Below the pieces are notes generated by a model. That model did not search any database and had not been told where the DNA came from. It worked only from the letters and a program-made list of their open reading frames with translations. A stretch of 64,000 bases of DNA from a bacterium (GTDB lineage: Bacteria; UBA8248): the NCBI GenBank assembly GCA_965200245.1, contig CBDATS010000015.1:160001-224000 (forward strand), in the 5' to 3' direction. Below are positions 8,371-18,801 of this stretch, piece by piece. The number at the start of each line of letters is the position of its first letter. The stretch's first letter is position 1. A program made the translations under genes and the position numbers.

Positions 8371-8793
8371 GGCGTAGCCTCCTTCCGTCTCATTGGCCGC
8401 TGCGAGTGTACGTGTCTAAATCTTTATAGAACTTTATAAGGGTTTTGCACCCGCCCTGAAAAGAGGCCGTTCGGGTTAGTCGCCTATAGGACCTATAGGA
8501 TGGTGCTCGGGATGGTCGCTTACTCATTTTAGTATAAGTCGAATTGGATCGTAACGCAGATGCCCCATCATGGGCAGCGCGCATCTTCGTCAGCCGACCC
8601 AGCGTGAAACGTCCGATTGTAACATTGCGAATGCGAGAAAAATCTGCCGCGACGAATCCGGTCACGAGCGCATTCGCATAAGGGTTATTCCCGCGAATGA
8701 GCCTTCTTTTCCTGCACTGAACGAGTCCCCATATGTCTATTCCGCGCGAACTCGTGCTAGAATCCGGGAAACACGACATGAAGGAGAAGTATT

Positions 8794-9186
8794 TTGGTAT
8801 TCAAGCTGTTTTTGCTTTTCACGCTGGTCCCCATCGTCGAGTTGATGATTCTCGTCGATCTGGGCGGTGCCATCGGCTTGGCGCCGACGCTGGGAATCGT
8901 GATTCTCACTGGCGCGCTGGGCGCATGGGCGGCAAGAACGCAGGGATTCTACGTGGTCTCGCGTATTCAGGCAGAAATGGCGGGGGGGAGGCTTCCCGGT
9001 GCTGAGATGGTTGAGGGTGCCATGGTGCTCGTGGGTGGTGTGCTGCTCCTGACGCCTGGCCTTCTCACGGATGCCGCCGGTTTCGCCCTTATGGTTCCCG
9101 CCATGCGGGCGGTGCTAAGGGGCTGGCTAACGAGAAAGTTCGAAAAAATGATCAAAGAGGGCAAGGTGCATGTCTACCGGGGCTAG
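8794..9186 (+). CDS. fxsA: FxsA family membrane protein
   Basis: LFTLVPIVEL...GGVLLLTPGLLTDAAG; RBS AAGGAG. Confidence 0.9.
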   Translation: MVFKLFLLFTLVPIVELMILVDLGGAIGLAPTLGIVILTGALGAWAARTQGFYVVSRIQAEMAGGRLPGAEMVEGAMVLVGGVLLLTPGLLTDAAGFALMVPAMRAVLRGWLTRKFEKMIKEGKVHVYRG

Positions 9187-10117
9187 GGTGGAGCGTGTCA
9201 GTTCGCAGCACCTCGATGCGCAGACTACCCTGGGTGCGGAGGCTTTCGGGCTTTCGCGCGAGGAGGTGGTCGGTGGTTTCGGTGCGCCGGGTACGAAGGT
9301 CTGGCTTGTCTGGCCGGGGGGAGGAGGCGATGAGCGTCCGGCAGGTTATTGTCGCATGGTCGTGAACAGGGAAGCGAGAGCTAAGCACAGGGCCTGCATC
9401 GATGCTCTCTATGTGCGACCCGAGGCCAGGAAAGCGGGCTTTGCGCGGCTTCTGCTGGAGGCCGCCCTCGCCGAGGCGCGTGATAATGGCCTAGGCGGTA
9501 TCTGGGCGTACCTGCCCGTTTCGCTCCCGGGGCGTTTCGTGTATCTGAGCGGCGGGCGGAAAGTGCACGACCTCCGTTTTCTGAAGCATGACTCGCTGCA
9601 GGAGTTGGGGACGCCCAGTCTGTCCTCGGGCTATGGGATTCGATCGGCAGCCCTTCCAGAAGATGCGCAATACCTCGCCGATCTTTTCAACGCAACTTTT
9701 GTGAACATGTGGAATTTTAGAAGTCATACGGCTGAAACGATCATCGCTTGGTACAATGCGCCGGACACGGAACCGGAAAATACCTACATCATCGAATATT
9801 TGAATGGCGAATCGGGAAACCCCGAAGGGGTAGGTATGGCGATTCTGGCTGTCGACCCAAGCCGATTGGCCTCGGGTGATAAAGCCGTCTATGTTCCCTA
9901 TATTGGCGTCATGCACGGCCACCGAAGGAGAGGGCTGGGCCGCTTGTTGGTTCAGGCGTCCGCCCGAAGAGCGATCGACTGCGGAGCGGAGGCACTGGAA
10001 CTTATCGCTTCCGCCGCTGACCAGCAGGTGCGTGCCTTTTATCAAAGTCTGAGATTCAGTGAAATGGGAGTTATCAGCGTGTATGAATGGCTCTGCAATA
10101 ATTCTGAATCTACCTGA
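9170..10117 (+). CDS. Tandem GNAT N-acetyltransferase (MshD-like architecture)
   Basis: Two acetyl-CoA motifs, LYVRPEARKAGFA and IGVMHGHRRRGLG; AFYQSLRF. Confidence 0.8.
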   Translation: MSTGARVERVSSQHLDAQTTLGAEAFGLSREEVVGGFGAPGTKVWLVWPGGGGDERPAGYCRMVVNREARAKHRACIDALYVRPEARKAGFARLLLEAALAEARDNGLGGIWAYLPVSLPGRFVYLSGGRKVHDLRFLKHDSLQELGTPSLSSGYGIRSAALPEDAQYLADLFNATFVNMWNFRSHTAETIIAWYNAPDTEPENTYIIEYLNGESGNPEGVGMAILAVDPSRLASGDKAVYVPYIGVMHGHRRRGLGRLLVQASARRAIDCGAEALELIASAADQQVRAFYQSLRFSEMGVISVYEWLCNNSEST

Positions 10118-10131
10118 ATAAACGGTTGTAA

Positions 10132-11409
10132 TTAATTGTTATTTAATCGTAAATAACTTTTTATATAGCCTGATATTTCCGCACGTTTCACTTCGGCCTG
10201 GCGGCTCTCGTTCATATGACGAACGCTAATGACGCCTTTGGCCGCCTCATCCTCACCGAGCAGGAATACGAAACCGGCGCCTGAGCGATCGGCACGCTTC
10301 ATCTGGCTTTTCATGCTTCCCCCGCCAAAAGATCGTTCTGTGCGAATACCCTGTGCGCGCAATTCGGTAGCGAGTTCGAATACTTGAGCCTGCGCCGCTT
10401 CGCCGAGGGATACGATATATACCTGTGCTCCCTCTTTGAGGGTGGGGGCCTTTTTGCCCGCCAGTTGCAGGAGGCGTTCCACACCGACGGCGAAGCCAAT
10501 CGCAGGCGTGGGCGGGCCGCCCAACTCCTCGACGAGGGCGTCGTATCGACCCCCGCCACACACCGCGTTTTGCGCACCAAGGCTCTCGCTCGTTACCTCG
10601 AAGACGGTGAGGCAGTAATAGTCAAGGCCGCGAACGAGCCTCGGGTTTATCTCATACGCGACGCCCGCGCTCTGGATGAGCCGGCATACGCTCTCCAGAT
10701 GTTCCCGGCAGGCATCGTTCCAGAACGCATCTATTCTGGGCGCACGCGCGATAATCTCTTGGTGGCCCGGGTCCTTGCTGTCCAGAAAACGCAGTGGGTT
10801 GCGCTCGATCCGTTCGGCGATTTCTGCGTCCAGATGCTTCGTTTCTTTCCTGAGATATTCCTGGAGGGCGGCGGTATATGCCGGACGGCATTTCTTGTCG
10901 CCCAGATTGTTGATCTGGAGTGATAGTCCTTCGACCCCCATCGCGTCCAGAAATTCCATGAGCATCACAATGAGTTCGGCGTCGACCGCCGGGTCCTCTG
11001 AGCCAAAGACCTCGGCGTCGATTTGATGAAACTGCCGCTGACGGCCCGCTTGGGGACGCTCGTAGCGGAACATGGGACCCATGCAGAAGAGTTTCGAGAC
11101 GCCGGGGCGGTTGTGAAGGCCGTTTTGCACGTACGCGCGGCAGATCGAGGCGGTCGCCTCCGGGCGGAGGGTGATGGAGTCGCCCCCCTTGTCCTCGAAG
11201 GTGTACATCTCCTTGGAAACGATGTCGGTTCCCTCGCCGATGCCGCGCGAGAAAAGTTCCGTGTGCTCGAACACGGGCACCCGAATTTCCCCGTATCCGT
11301 ATCGCGCAAAAATCTCTCGTGCCAGACGTTCGGCTCCCTGCCAGTTTGCCGATTCTTCGGGCAGAATGTCTTTCACGCCGCGCACCGCCGTGAGTCTGGG
11401 ACGCGCCAT
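10132..11409 (-). CDS. hisS: Histidine--tRNA ligase
   Basis: LRPEAT, FRYERPQAGR.RQFHQ, LVRGLDYY, GGGRYD. Confidence 0.98.
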   Translation of the reverse strand: MARPRLTAVRGVKDILPEESANWQGAERLAREIFARYGYGEIRVPVFEHTELFSRGIGEGTDIVSKEMYTFEDKGGDSITLRPEATASICRAYVQNGLHNRPGVSKLFCMGPMFRYERPQAGRQRQFHQIDAEVFGSEDPAVDAELIVMLMEFLDAMGVEGLSLQINNLGDKKCRPAYTAALQEYLRKETKHLDAEIAERIERNPLRFLDSKDPGHQEIIARAPRIDAFWNDACREHLESVCRLIQSAGVAYEINPRLVRGLDYYCLTVFEVTSESLGAQNAVCGGGRYDALVEELGGPPTPAIGFAVGVERLLQLAGKKAPTLKEGAQVYIVSLGEAAQAQVFELATELRAQGIRTERSFGGGSMKSQMKRADRSGAGFVFLLGEDEAAKGVISVRHMNESRQAEVKRAEISGYIKSYLRLNNN

Positions 11410-11411
11410 CG

Positions 11412-12161
11412 CTATCCTCCAAAAGCCGCTTCGAGCAGGCGGGGAAGGGCGACGCCCGAGGGCTCCTGTACCGCTTCGTTCATATAGGGGCTGATCTCTG
11501 TCGGCTCGGGATTCACCTCAAGTACGAACGCACCGCCTCTCGAAGCTGTCATGGGCATCGAGGCAGCCGGCTGCACCACGGCGGAGGTGCCCGCCACGAT
11601 CAGGTAATCACAATCATCTACCGCAACCAGTGCCCGGCGCAACTGTTCGGGGTCGAGCATCTCGCCGAACCACACTACGTGGGGGCGCAGAATGCTATCA
11701 CACACATCGCACTGCGGGGGAAGGGGGTCTATCGGAACCTCGCGGTTCTCCCACGCGAGCGTGAAGCGCTCACATCCGGGGTTCGTGCAGCGAACGCGCC
11801 AGATGTTGCCGTGCAACTCCACGATTTCATTTGACCCGGCAATGCGGTGGAGGTTGTCGATGTTCTGTGTGATGAGGGTGAAGCGATTGAAGTGATCTTC
11901 CAGTGAGGCTATGGCGTACTGGCCCGCGTTGGGGGTTAAGGGAGCGAGCACCTCGCGGCGGTAGTTGTAGAATTCCCAGACGAGCTTGGGGTCGGCGCGA
12001 AATGACTCGGGTTTTGCCAGCGAGGTAGCACTGTACTCGCGCCAGAGGCCGCCCGTCCGTCGGAATGTGGGCACACCACTTTCCGCACTCACGCCCGCTC
12101 CGGTGAGGACGACCACCGATTCGGACTGCTTGAGGGCGTCTATCGCCCGGCGACTGAGCAT
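11412..12161 (-). CDS. cobB: NAD-dependent protein deacylase (class III sirtuin)
   Basis: GAGVSAESGVPTFR, YxxR, QNIDNLH, LHG, LRPHVVWFGE, GTSAVVQPAA; start taken at MLSRR. Confidence 0.93.
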   Translation of the reverse strand: MLSRRAIDALKQSESVVVLTGAGVSAESGVPTFRRTGGLWREYSATSLAKPESFRADPKLVWEFYNYRREVLAPLTPNAGQYAIASLEDHFNRFTLITQNIDNLHRIAGSNEIVELHGNIWRVRCTNPGCERFTLAWENREVPIDPLPPQCDVCDSILRPHVVWFGEMLDPEQLRRALVAVDDCDYLIVAGTSAVVQPAASMPMTASRGGAFVLEVNPEPTEISPYMNEAVQEPSGVALPRLLEAAFGG

Positions 12162-12287
12162 TTTTTTCTCCCGGGTATGTCCGATGCCCGGCAATGAAGC
12201 AAACTGCTGCTCATCATATGTGCCGGTATGAAAACAGTAGGCGAGAAAGTAGACCATCCCCCCTTCGCGCGCAAACGGGTAGCGAAG

Positions 12288-12316
12288 TTGACATGCGCCC
12301 GGATGCCGCCTAGCTT
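12288..12316 (+). promoter_or_regulatory. Putative sigma70 promoter
   Basis: TTGACA-17 nt-TAGCTT upstream of RBS GGAGGA. Confidence 0.55.
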
Positions 12317-12357
12317 TGGCAGGTTTTTTGTTTTCGTGGGAATCGGAGGATTCACAG

Positions 12358-14058
12358 TTGGCGCGAAACGGAGCGCAGGTGCTGCTTGATGCACTTCGGG
12401 AAAACGGTGCGGAATACATTTTCGGCATTCCGGGTACACTCACGTTACCCGTCTACGACGAGATGATCGACGATATGGGCGCGACACCCGTCGTGACGCG
12501 CCACGAGCAGGGGGCGGGCTTCGCGGCGGACGGCTACGCCAAGGTGTCCGGCAAGACGGGTGTGGTCTTCACCGTGCCGGGACCCGGCGGCACAAACCTC
12601 GCCACCGCGCTTCGCTCGGCTTTTGAGGATGCGGTTCCCCTGGTCGCGGTGACGGCCACGCTCGCCGACAACATGCGCGAGAGGAGCGCCATCCACGACG
12701 TGGACATGGAAAAAGCGCTCGCAGGCTGCGTCAAAAAGGCATTCACGCCCGATTCGGTCGCGGGTATCGAGCCTGCTGTTGAGGCTGCGTTCCGCTGGGC
12801 AACGGCGGGTAGACCCGGCCCGACGCAGGTGGTGATGAAGGCGAACCTCTTTCGGGCCAATGAGGAGCGGGTAATCATTAAGCCCGAGTTCGAAAGGCCA
12901 TCACCTGCGCTTCCTGTGGATGAGCGTGCACTTGATGCAATCGCAGAGTCGCTCCTTGCTGCCAAAAGGCCTGTGATATATGCGGGAAACGGCGTGGTGA
13001 CGGCCCGCTGCGAGAGGCAGGTGCAGCTTCTTGCCTCAAGGCTTGGCGCGCCGGTTGTCACATCCGTAAAGGGGAGGGGAGTTCTCTCGGAATCCGATCC
13101 GCTCTCCTTCGGCCTTGTGCATTTCCTGGGCTGCGAGGAGATGCTCGAAGAGTCAGATATGTGTCTTGGCTTGGGTACTGGTTTCGGGCAGTTCGCCACC
13201 TTCTGCTTCAAGGCGCCGATGCCGCAAAACCTCGTGCAGATAGACATCGATCCCGCGCGCATCGGGCGAAATTACCCCGTTTCAAAAGGCTTGGTGAGCG
13301 ACATGAAACCCGCGCTCGATGGTCTTCTCAAGAGACTTGCAGGTGTGCCCGAAGTCCCGCTTTCTGAAGGGCACGTTCGCGTTCGCGAGGGAAAAAGACG
13401 CTACGAGGAGAGACTTCGCTCGTTTTCGACGAAACCGACCGATCTGCCCTTCCATGGTCTGTTCGTGATGAAGACGCTCCGCGATCACACCTCACCAGAT
13501 ACGATTTTTGTCTCCGATTCCTCTGCTACACAGAGTTGGCTCATGGAGCAGGCATTCGTAGTCCACCGGCCCCGGAGTATCCTTCTCTCGGAAGCCTATC
13601 AGTCGATGGGCTACGCATTGGGCGCCGCCATCGGGGCGAAACTCGGCGCGCCTGAACGGCCCGTATGTGCTGTCGTAGGAGACGGAAGTTTCACCATGGC
13701 TTGCGGTGAGCTGGCCACGGCGACGGCACTCGATTTAACCGTCACCTATCTCATTTTCAACGATGGGGAATACAACGCGCTCAGGCACTCGCAAAAGCAC
13801 GTGTTCGGTGAGCGCTATATCGCCACCTCGCTGAACAACCCCGACTTCCCGGCCTTGGCCCGCGCGTTCGGCGCGCATGGGCATCGCGTCGAGTCGGCAG
13901 AGGAGTTGGGGAGCACCATCCGGGATGTTCAGGCGCAAGGCGGCGTTCACGTCATCGACTGTCCAATTGACCGGGATGTGTTTTCTTCTCGATGGGCGAG
14001 GACGATGAAATCCTTCCGGAGAGGGGCCGCCACCGCACCGCCCGACACAGACGACTAA
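12358..14058 (+). CDS. Thiamine-pyrophosphate-dependent enzyme (acetolactate synthase large subunit-like, substrate unknown)
   Basis: IFGIPG, RHEQGAGFAADGYA, GPGGTN, GDGSF...N TPP motif. Confidence 0.9.
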   Translation: MARNGAQVLLDALRENGAEYIFGIPGTLTLPVYDEMIDDMGATPVVTRHEQGAGFAADGYAKVSGKTGVVFTVPGPGGTNLATALRSAFEDAVPLVAVTATLADNMRERSAIHDVDMEKALAGCVKKAFTPDSVAGIEPAVEAAFRWATAGRPGPTQVVMKANLFRANEERVIIKPEFERPSPALPVDERALDAIAESLLAAKRPVIYAGNGVVTARCERQVQLLASRLGAPVVTSVKGRGVLSESDPLSFGLVHFLGCEEMLEESDMCLGLGTGFGQFATFCFKAPMPQNLVQIDIDPARIGRNYPVSKGLVSDMKPALDGLLKRLAGVPEVPLSEGHVRVREGKRRYEERLRSFSTKPTDLPFHGLFVMKTLRDHTSPDTIFVSDSSATQSWLMEQAFVVHRPRSILLSEAYQSMGYALGAAIGAKLGAPERPVCAVVGDGSFTMACGELATATALDLTVTYLIFNDGEYNALRHSQKHVFGERYIATSLNNPDFPALARAFGAHGHRVESAEELGSTIRDVQAQGGVHVIDCPIDRDVFSSRWARTMKSFRRGAATAPPDTDD

Positions 14059-14099
14059 CCGGAAACTTCTTCGCGCCCTCGGTTCATATATGGCGGATG

Positions 14100-14400
14100 G
14101 CGCATCGACTCTTTTTTCACGGGTGGAATATTCAGGTTCGAGGCTTCTTCGGAACTTGTTCCAGTGTGTGGCGGCGTTGCGTGACCAGGTTTTGGCCGCG
14201 GGGTTAATCCGTGAGTAGACTTGAACGTAGATTTCGGGCACGCCCTCGTCATAATTGTACATGAGTCCCAGCCTGAACTGGGTTTTGGTATCTCCTTCCT
14301 CAGCCAGTGAGTGCCATTGTTGCAGCACCGTTTTGTAATCACCCTCGTCTGTATTCCTCTAGGCCTTTCCCGAAGTCTGCGCCTTGCGTTTTCGCATTTT
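14100..14400 (-). pseudogene. Sel1-like repeat protein remnant
   Basis: ADFGKGLEEYRRG, 1-nt shift near 14343, then DYKTVLQQWHSLAEEGDTKTQFRLGLMYNYDEGVPE; degenerate downstream; boundaries approximate. Confidence 0.7.
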
Positions 14401-14919
14401 GCTGCCCGTTTAGCAGAAGTGAGCATGCGGAAACAGTCTGAAATTTTTCAGCTAGGCCACTGCATCCTTCACGCGAAATGAGGGAGCAAATGCGTTTGTT
14501 TGCGAATACACTGATTGTCAAATACCAGAAATACAGCGATGACGGATTTCTGCAGTTTAATTTCGTGCGAGACGACTCGTTGCGCATGATTGCCTGTTGG
14601 GAGCGAGATATGTATTTGGAAGCAGTGGAGGTGGTCGGACTAGATTGGTGGCCACAGCGCATCGGATTTCCATGAGGAGGATAACAACATAATTCTTGGA
14701 ACTAGGCGGAGTCGGCGACCCGAACGTACACCCATCGGTAAATGCATTGGAGCGCGGGTCTTCAAGGCACTCGCCTCAAAGGCGACTCACTTCCCGTTGC
14801 CATGGTCGAGGCAGAAGTCCGGAAAGCCAAATGCCACACCGGTTCGCTGGTTTCCAAGGGGGCTCCAGCTTGTTCTGCTCCTCGATGAAAGGGCGGCACC
14901 TGCTACTTGCGGGGACGCG

Positions 14920-16242
14920 TCAACGCACGATTGTCCCGGCGACATCCGGCCTGCGTATTTCAAGGCGATCTTTCATGCAGATGTCATGGGCGGCGTTGAC
15001 GAACACGTGGGTGCCTTTGGTGAGATCATGAACCGATGCGTGCTCTCCTTCCTTCGGGTAGTAGCCTGTGCCGCCGCCGCTGGCGCGGCCTTGGGGACCA
15101 TAGCAGATCGCCGGAATGCCGGCGCGGGTCAGCGGTGCGGTGTCGGCGTACCAGCCGTCCCAGGTGATCTCGGGACGCTCGCCCCAGACGAGGTCGTGCG
15201 CGGCGGAGATGCTGCGCACGACGTATTCCTCGGGCGATATTTCGGCCGCGTACGCCGTCTGGATAACCTGTAACTCGATCTCCATTGCGGGGTCCTGCTC
15301 CCGCAACTGCCGGATTACCTGACCTACTTCGGCGATGATATCACCGTGCAACTGGCCCGGCATCATCCCGACTTCCAGATATAATCGGCAAAAGCACGGT
15401 AGTTTGCTTGCCCGGAACGGATGCCCCCCTTCAATGGCAATGATGTTGACGTTTCCGGCCGGCTCCCCCTTGTAGTGGGTCCTGTTCAGGTAGTCCTTGC
15501 CCCAACTCTTGAGGGCGGGTATGGCGTTCAGCATCTTCTCGATGGCGTCTTCGCCGGGTTTGATTTTCACCGTGGAGCCGCCGCGGCTGTAGGTGGCGGC
15601 CGGGTTGCCTCTCGTCATGAGTTCCAGGAACACGTATCCGCCCGTGGCCACCGAAATCCGGTTGGATGTCGGCTCGGGTATAACCACCATGTCGGCGGTG
15701 ATGCCGTTGTTGACCATAAAACGGGCGCCGATTCCGCAGCCCCGGTAGCGGGCTCCCTGGTAACGCCCCACCGGCGCGTGGCAAGTCTCGCCGACGACGC
15801 CTGCGATCATCAAGTTGCCGCGCAATTTCGCCTTGGAGCGGGCCATGGCCTCCACCGCGAGGATGGCCGACGCGTGACCGCTCTTCATGTTGTAGGTGCC
15901 CATGCCGTAGATCCACTCGCCCTCGCGCCAGGATTTCGGCTGGTAACCCGGCCCGAGATCGCGGATACCCTCCTCGTCGCCGCCGTAGGTCGTGTCCAGA
16001 TGGCCGCAGTACATCAGGTTTGGGCCGTCGCCCGTGCCCTCAAGCTGGCCGTAGACGTTGTATCGATCCGGTTCGACTTCCTGTAGCCAAGTCTGCAGGC
16101 CCGCCGCTCGGAAACGGTCGGCGAGATATTCGGCGAGCGCCTTCTCGCCGCCCATGGGACTCGGGATGTCGACCATCTCCATGGTCAACTGCGCGATAGC
16201 TTCCTCGTCGACGTATGCCAAGGCGTCTTCGACTATGCTCAT
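14920..16242 (-). CDS. M20/M25/M40 family metallo-hydrolase (NaaA-like variant)
   Basis: GHLDT, IYGMGTYNMKSG, VVGET, PEPT, GIPAICYGP. Confidence 0.88.
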   Translation of the reverse strand: MSIVEDALAYVDEEAIAQLTMEMVDIPSPMGGEKALAEYLADRFRAAGLQTWLQEVEPDRYNVYGQLEGTGDGPNLMYCGHLDTTYGGDEEGIRDLGPGYQPKSWREGEWIYGMGTYNMKSGHASAILAVEAMARSKAKLRGNLMIAGVVGETCHAPVGRYQGARYRGCGIGARFMVNNGITADMVVIPEPTSNRISVATGGYVFLELMTRGNPAATYSRGGSTVKIKPGEDAIEKMLNAIPALKSWGKDYLNRTHYKGEPAGNVNIIAIEGGHPFRASKLPCFCRLYLEVGMMPGQLHGDIIAEVGQVIRQLREQDPAMEIELQVIQTAYAAEISPEEYVVRSISAAHDLVWGERPEITWDGWYADTAPLTRAGIPAICYGPQGRASGGGTGYYPKEGEHASVHDLTKGTHVFVNAAHDICMKDRLEIRRPDVAGTIVR

Positions 16243-16322
16243 CGTTCGTCCCTCCTAGGTGTGCGGGATCCGCGACTCCACGCTAGTCTGGGTTTCTCGT
16301 GGCGAGCGGCCCCGGTGGCCAG

Positions 16323-16387
16323 ATGCCAAGATGAATCTATCGTATGTTCGGTAACTACATGCCAAGATACATCTGTCGTATGTTCGG
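16323..16387. repeat. Imperfect 29-bp direct duplication of the livF 3' end
   Basis: 16323-16351 vs 16359-16387, 3 mismatches, period 36. Confidence 0.85.
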
Positions 16388-17074
16388 ATCAAGCAGCAGT
16401 TCTGCCGAGTCTCCCTCGCGACGATTCCGACCCATGTCCAGCACGTATCCCCGGTCGGAATTCTCCAGGGCCTTGGCCGAGTTCTGCTCCACAACCAGGA
16501 TCGATACACCGTCGCGGTGAATTCGCTCGATGCTCTCGAAGATGGTTTCCATCACCGTGGGTGAAAGCCCGATCGTCGGTTCGTCCAGCAGGATGAGGGT
16601 CGGTTTGGTAACCATGGCCATACCGAAGCTGAGCATTTGCCTCTGGCCGCCACTGAGGGTTCGGGCCTTGCTGCGTTCTTTCTCCTTCAGGATGGGGAAC
16701 AGGCCGAATACCCCTTCGCGCGAGCGGCGGCGCTCCTCGGCGTCACCCACCGTCCAGGCGCCGAGGTTGAGGTGCTCGCTCACCGTCATCTGGGGGAAGA
16801 TGTTGCGCCCTTGGGGGCAATACGCGACTCCGTTCTGGATAATCAGGTGTGGCTCGATCCCTGTGATATTCTCTCCCCCGAGGACGACCGTTCCGTCCGT
16901 TGGCTTGAGGTATCCCAGGATGGTCAGCAGCACGGTCGACTTGCCGGCGCCGTTGGGCCCGATGAGAGCGATCGTCTCGCCGCGGCCGACCTCGAGGGAG
17001 ACGCCGTGCAGAATTTGCTTCTTGCCGTAGCCGGAGACGATTCCCTCGACCTTCAGCAGTGTATCCTTGGCCAT
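16355..17074 (-). CDS. HAAT (LIV-type) ABC transporter ATP-binding protein, LivF-like
   Basis: GPNGAGKST, LSGGQ, LLDEP, LVVEQN. Confidence 0.93.
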   Translation of the reverse strand: MAKDTLLKVEGIVSGYGKKQILHGVSLEVGRGETIALIGPNGAGKSTVLLTILGYLKPTDGTVVLGGENITGIEPHLIIQNGVAYCPQGRNIFPQMTVSEHLNLGAWTVGDAEERRRSREGVFGLFPILKEKERSKARTLSGGQRQMLSFGMAMVTKPTLILLDEPTIGLSPTVMETIFESIERIHRDGVSILVVEQNSAKALENSDRGYVLDMGRNRREGDSAELLLDPNIRQMYLGM

Positions 17075-17077
17075 GGC

Positions 17078-17785
17078 TCAAGCCCCGAAATAGGCAGTGA
17101 GGACTGCCTCGTCCCGCCGGACTTCATCCGGCGAACCTTCGGCGATCTTCTCACCCATGCTCAGGACGACGACGCGTTCGCAGTTGTTCATGATCACGTC
17201 CATGTTGTGTTCGATGATCAGAAAGGTCCTTCCTTCCTTGTTCAGATGATGGATCAACTCCAGCAATTTCTTCTGCATCACGGGACTGACGCCGGCGGCC
17301 GGCTCGTCGAGCAGGATCAATCCCGGGTCGAGCATCAGGACCTGGATGATAGAGAGCAGACGTTGCTGGCCGAAGGAGAGGTCGCTCGCGTATTCGTTCC
17401 GCAGCTCGTACAGGCCGACGAACTCGAGAAGTTCATGGGCCCTGTCGTCCGCAGCAATGTTTCGCGTCGGCAAGGTGACGTTCTCGAGTAGGGTCATCTT
17501 GGGGAAGATGCGCGTAACTTGGAAGGTGCGGCCAATACCCTTCCGGGCGATTTGGTAGGGCGGCAGGCTCGTCACGTTCTCTCCTCGATAGAGGATGCGC
17601 CCGCCGTCCAGCGACAGATATCCCACGATGATATTGAACAAGGTCGTCTTGCCGGATCCGTTGGGGCCGATCAGGCCGACGATCTCGCCCTCTCCGACAG
17701 AAAAGCCGCATCCCGCGAGCGCATGGACGCCCCCGAAGCTTTTCCGGACATCCTGGATTTCTAGGAGCGGCCTATCAGCGGTCAT
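17078..17785 (-). CDS. HAAT (LIV-type) ABC transporter ATP-binding protein, LivG-like
   Basis: GPNGSGKTT, GIGRTFQ, LSFGQQR, IEHNM, AYFG end. Confidence 0.93.
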   Translation of the reverse strand: MTADRPLLEIQDVRKSFGGVHALAGCGFSVGEGEIVGLIGPNGSGKTTLFNIIVGYLSLDGGRILYRGENVTSLPPYQIARKGIGRTFQVTRIFPKMTLLENVTLPTRNIAADDRAHELLEFVGLYELRNEYASDLSFGQQRLLSIIQVLMLDPGLILLDEPAAGVSPVMQKKLLELIHHLNKEGRTFLIIEHNMDVIMNNCERVVVLSMGEKIAEGSPDEVRRDEAVLTAYFGA

Positions 17786-17846
17786 ATTCCTCCCCCGGGT
17801 GGGCTCAAGCGGTGTCCCGTGGCGCGGAGGGTTTTCGCATTCATCG

Positions 17847-18794
17847 TCAGATCCACCTCGTTTTCGGCAGGATCCCCATCTCCTTGAGCCGAACCAGGAC
17901 GCCGTCGGGCATCCATATGACTAGGCAGACCAGAACGAGACCGAAGACAGTGATGTTGGCTTGGCCGAGGTGCAGCCAGACATAATCGCTGATGAGTTGG
18001 AGTGTGACGGCACCGAGCACCGCACCGAGGACGGTTCCAAGCCCACCGAACATAGCCATCACGATGGACAGCATGGTGTACTTGATGTCGAAAGCCGCGA
18101 AAGGTTCGATGTAGTGCAGAAAAGTGGCATGGATGCCGCCCGCCGTTCCAGCGAAGAAGGCGCTTGCGACGAACACGCTGACTTTCACAGCGGTGGTATT
18201 GACCGCGAGACCGCTCGCCGCGGCCTCGTCTTCCCGCACGGCGATCAGCGACAGGCCGAAGTACGAACGGGCAAAGAACATGGTCGCCAGCACGATGCAG
18301 ACCGCGAGCAGGAAGATAGCGTAGTACTTCTGGTTCAGGTTTCCCGCAAGGACGGGCATACCGGCGCCGCCGCGCGTTAGCGGCGTCAGGTACTTGGTGG
18401 ATATGAGCACCCGAGCACCCTCAGCCAGAGCCAGCATGGAAATCGCGAAATAGGCCCCGCGAATGCGTAGCAGCGGATAGCCTATCACCGCCGCGACGAG
18501 GGCGGAGAACAGCCCGCCCGTCAGGTAGCCCGGAATCAATCCCATTTTGAAGTCGACGAAGCCTATCACCGATGCGTACATGCCGAGTCCGACGAACAGG
18601 ACGAAGCCGAAATTGATATAGCCGGAAAAGCCGGAGAAGAAATTCCAGGCGCCGGCTAGGCAGGTGTAGTAGAGGATCAGGAACAGCAGGGAGACCGCCG
18701 CCGGGCTCAAGTAGAGCGGCGCAGTAGCTGCGAGGATCGCGTAGGCTATCAGGCCCGCGGCGCCGACGGTGGGAATCGCACGTCTCCAGGTCAT
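17847..18794 (-). CDS. HAAT ABC transporter permease, LivM-like
   Basis: WN...GFSGYINFG, LRIRGAYFAI, AVREDE.AA, FGGLGT. Confidence 0.92.
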   Translation of the reverse strand: MTWRRAIPTVGAAGLIAYAILAATAPLYLSPAAVSLLFLILYYTCLAGAWNFFSGFSGYINFGFVLFVGLGMYASVIGFVDFKMGLIPGYLTGGLFSALVAAVIGYPLLRIRGAYFAISMLALAEGARVLISTKYLTPLTRGGAGMPVLAGNLNQKYYAIFLLAVCIVLATMFFARSYFGLSLIAVREDEAAASGLAVNTTAVKVSVFVASAFFAGTAGGIHATFLHYIEPFAAFDIKYTMLSIVMAMFGGLGTVLGAVLGAVTLQLISDYVWLHLGQANITVFGLVLVCLVIWMPDGVLVRLKEMGILPKTRWI

Positions 18795-18801
18795 GGCCGA
18801 A

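Noticed and set aside
8371-8793. Short repeats (CCTATAGGA x2, CTTTATA x2) and a 10-bp inverted repeat TGCGAATGCG/CGCATTCGCA
   Set aside because: Too short to distinguish from ordinary divergent-promoter sequence
12358-14058. Calling the TPP enzyme ilvB
   Set aside because: No small subunit or ilv genes nearby; anabolic AHAS-specific motifs (e.g. DAFQE, GMVRQWQ) absent
14478-14675. 65-aa ORF
   Set aside because: No recognisable family; cannot be supported
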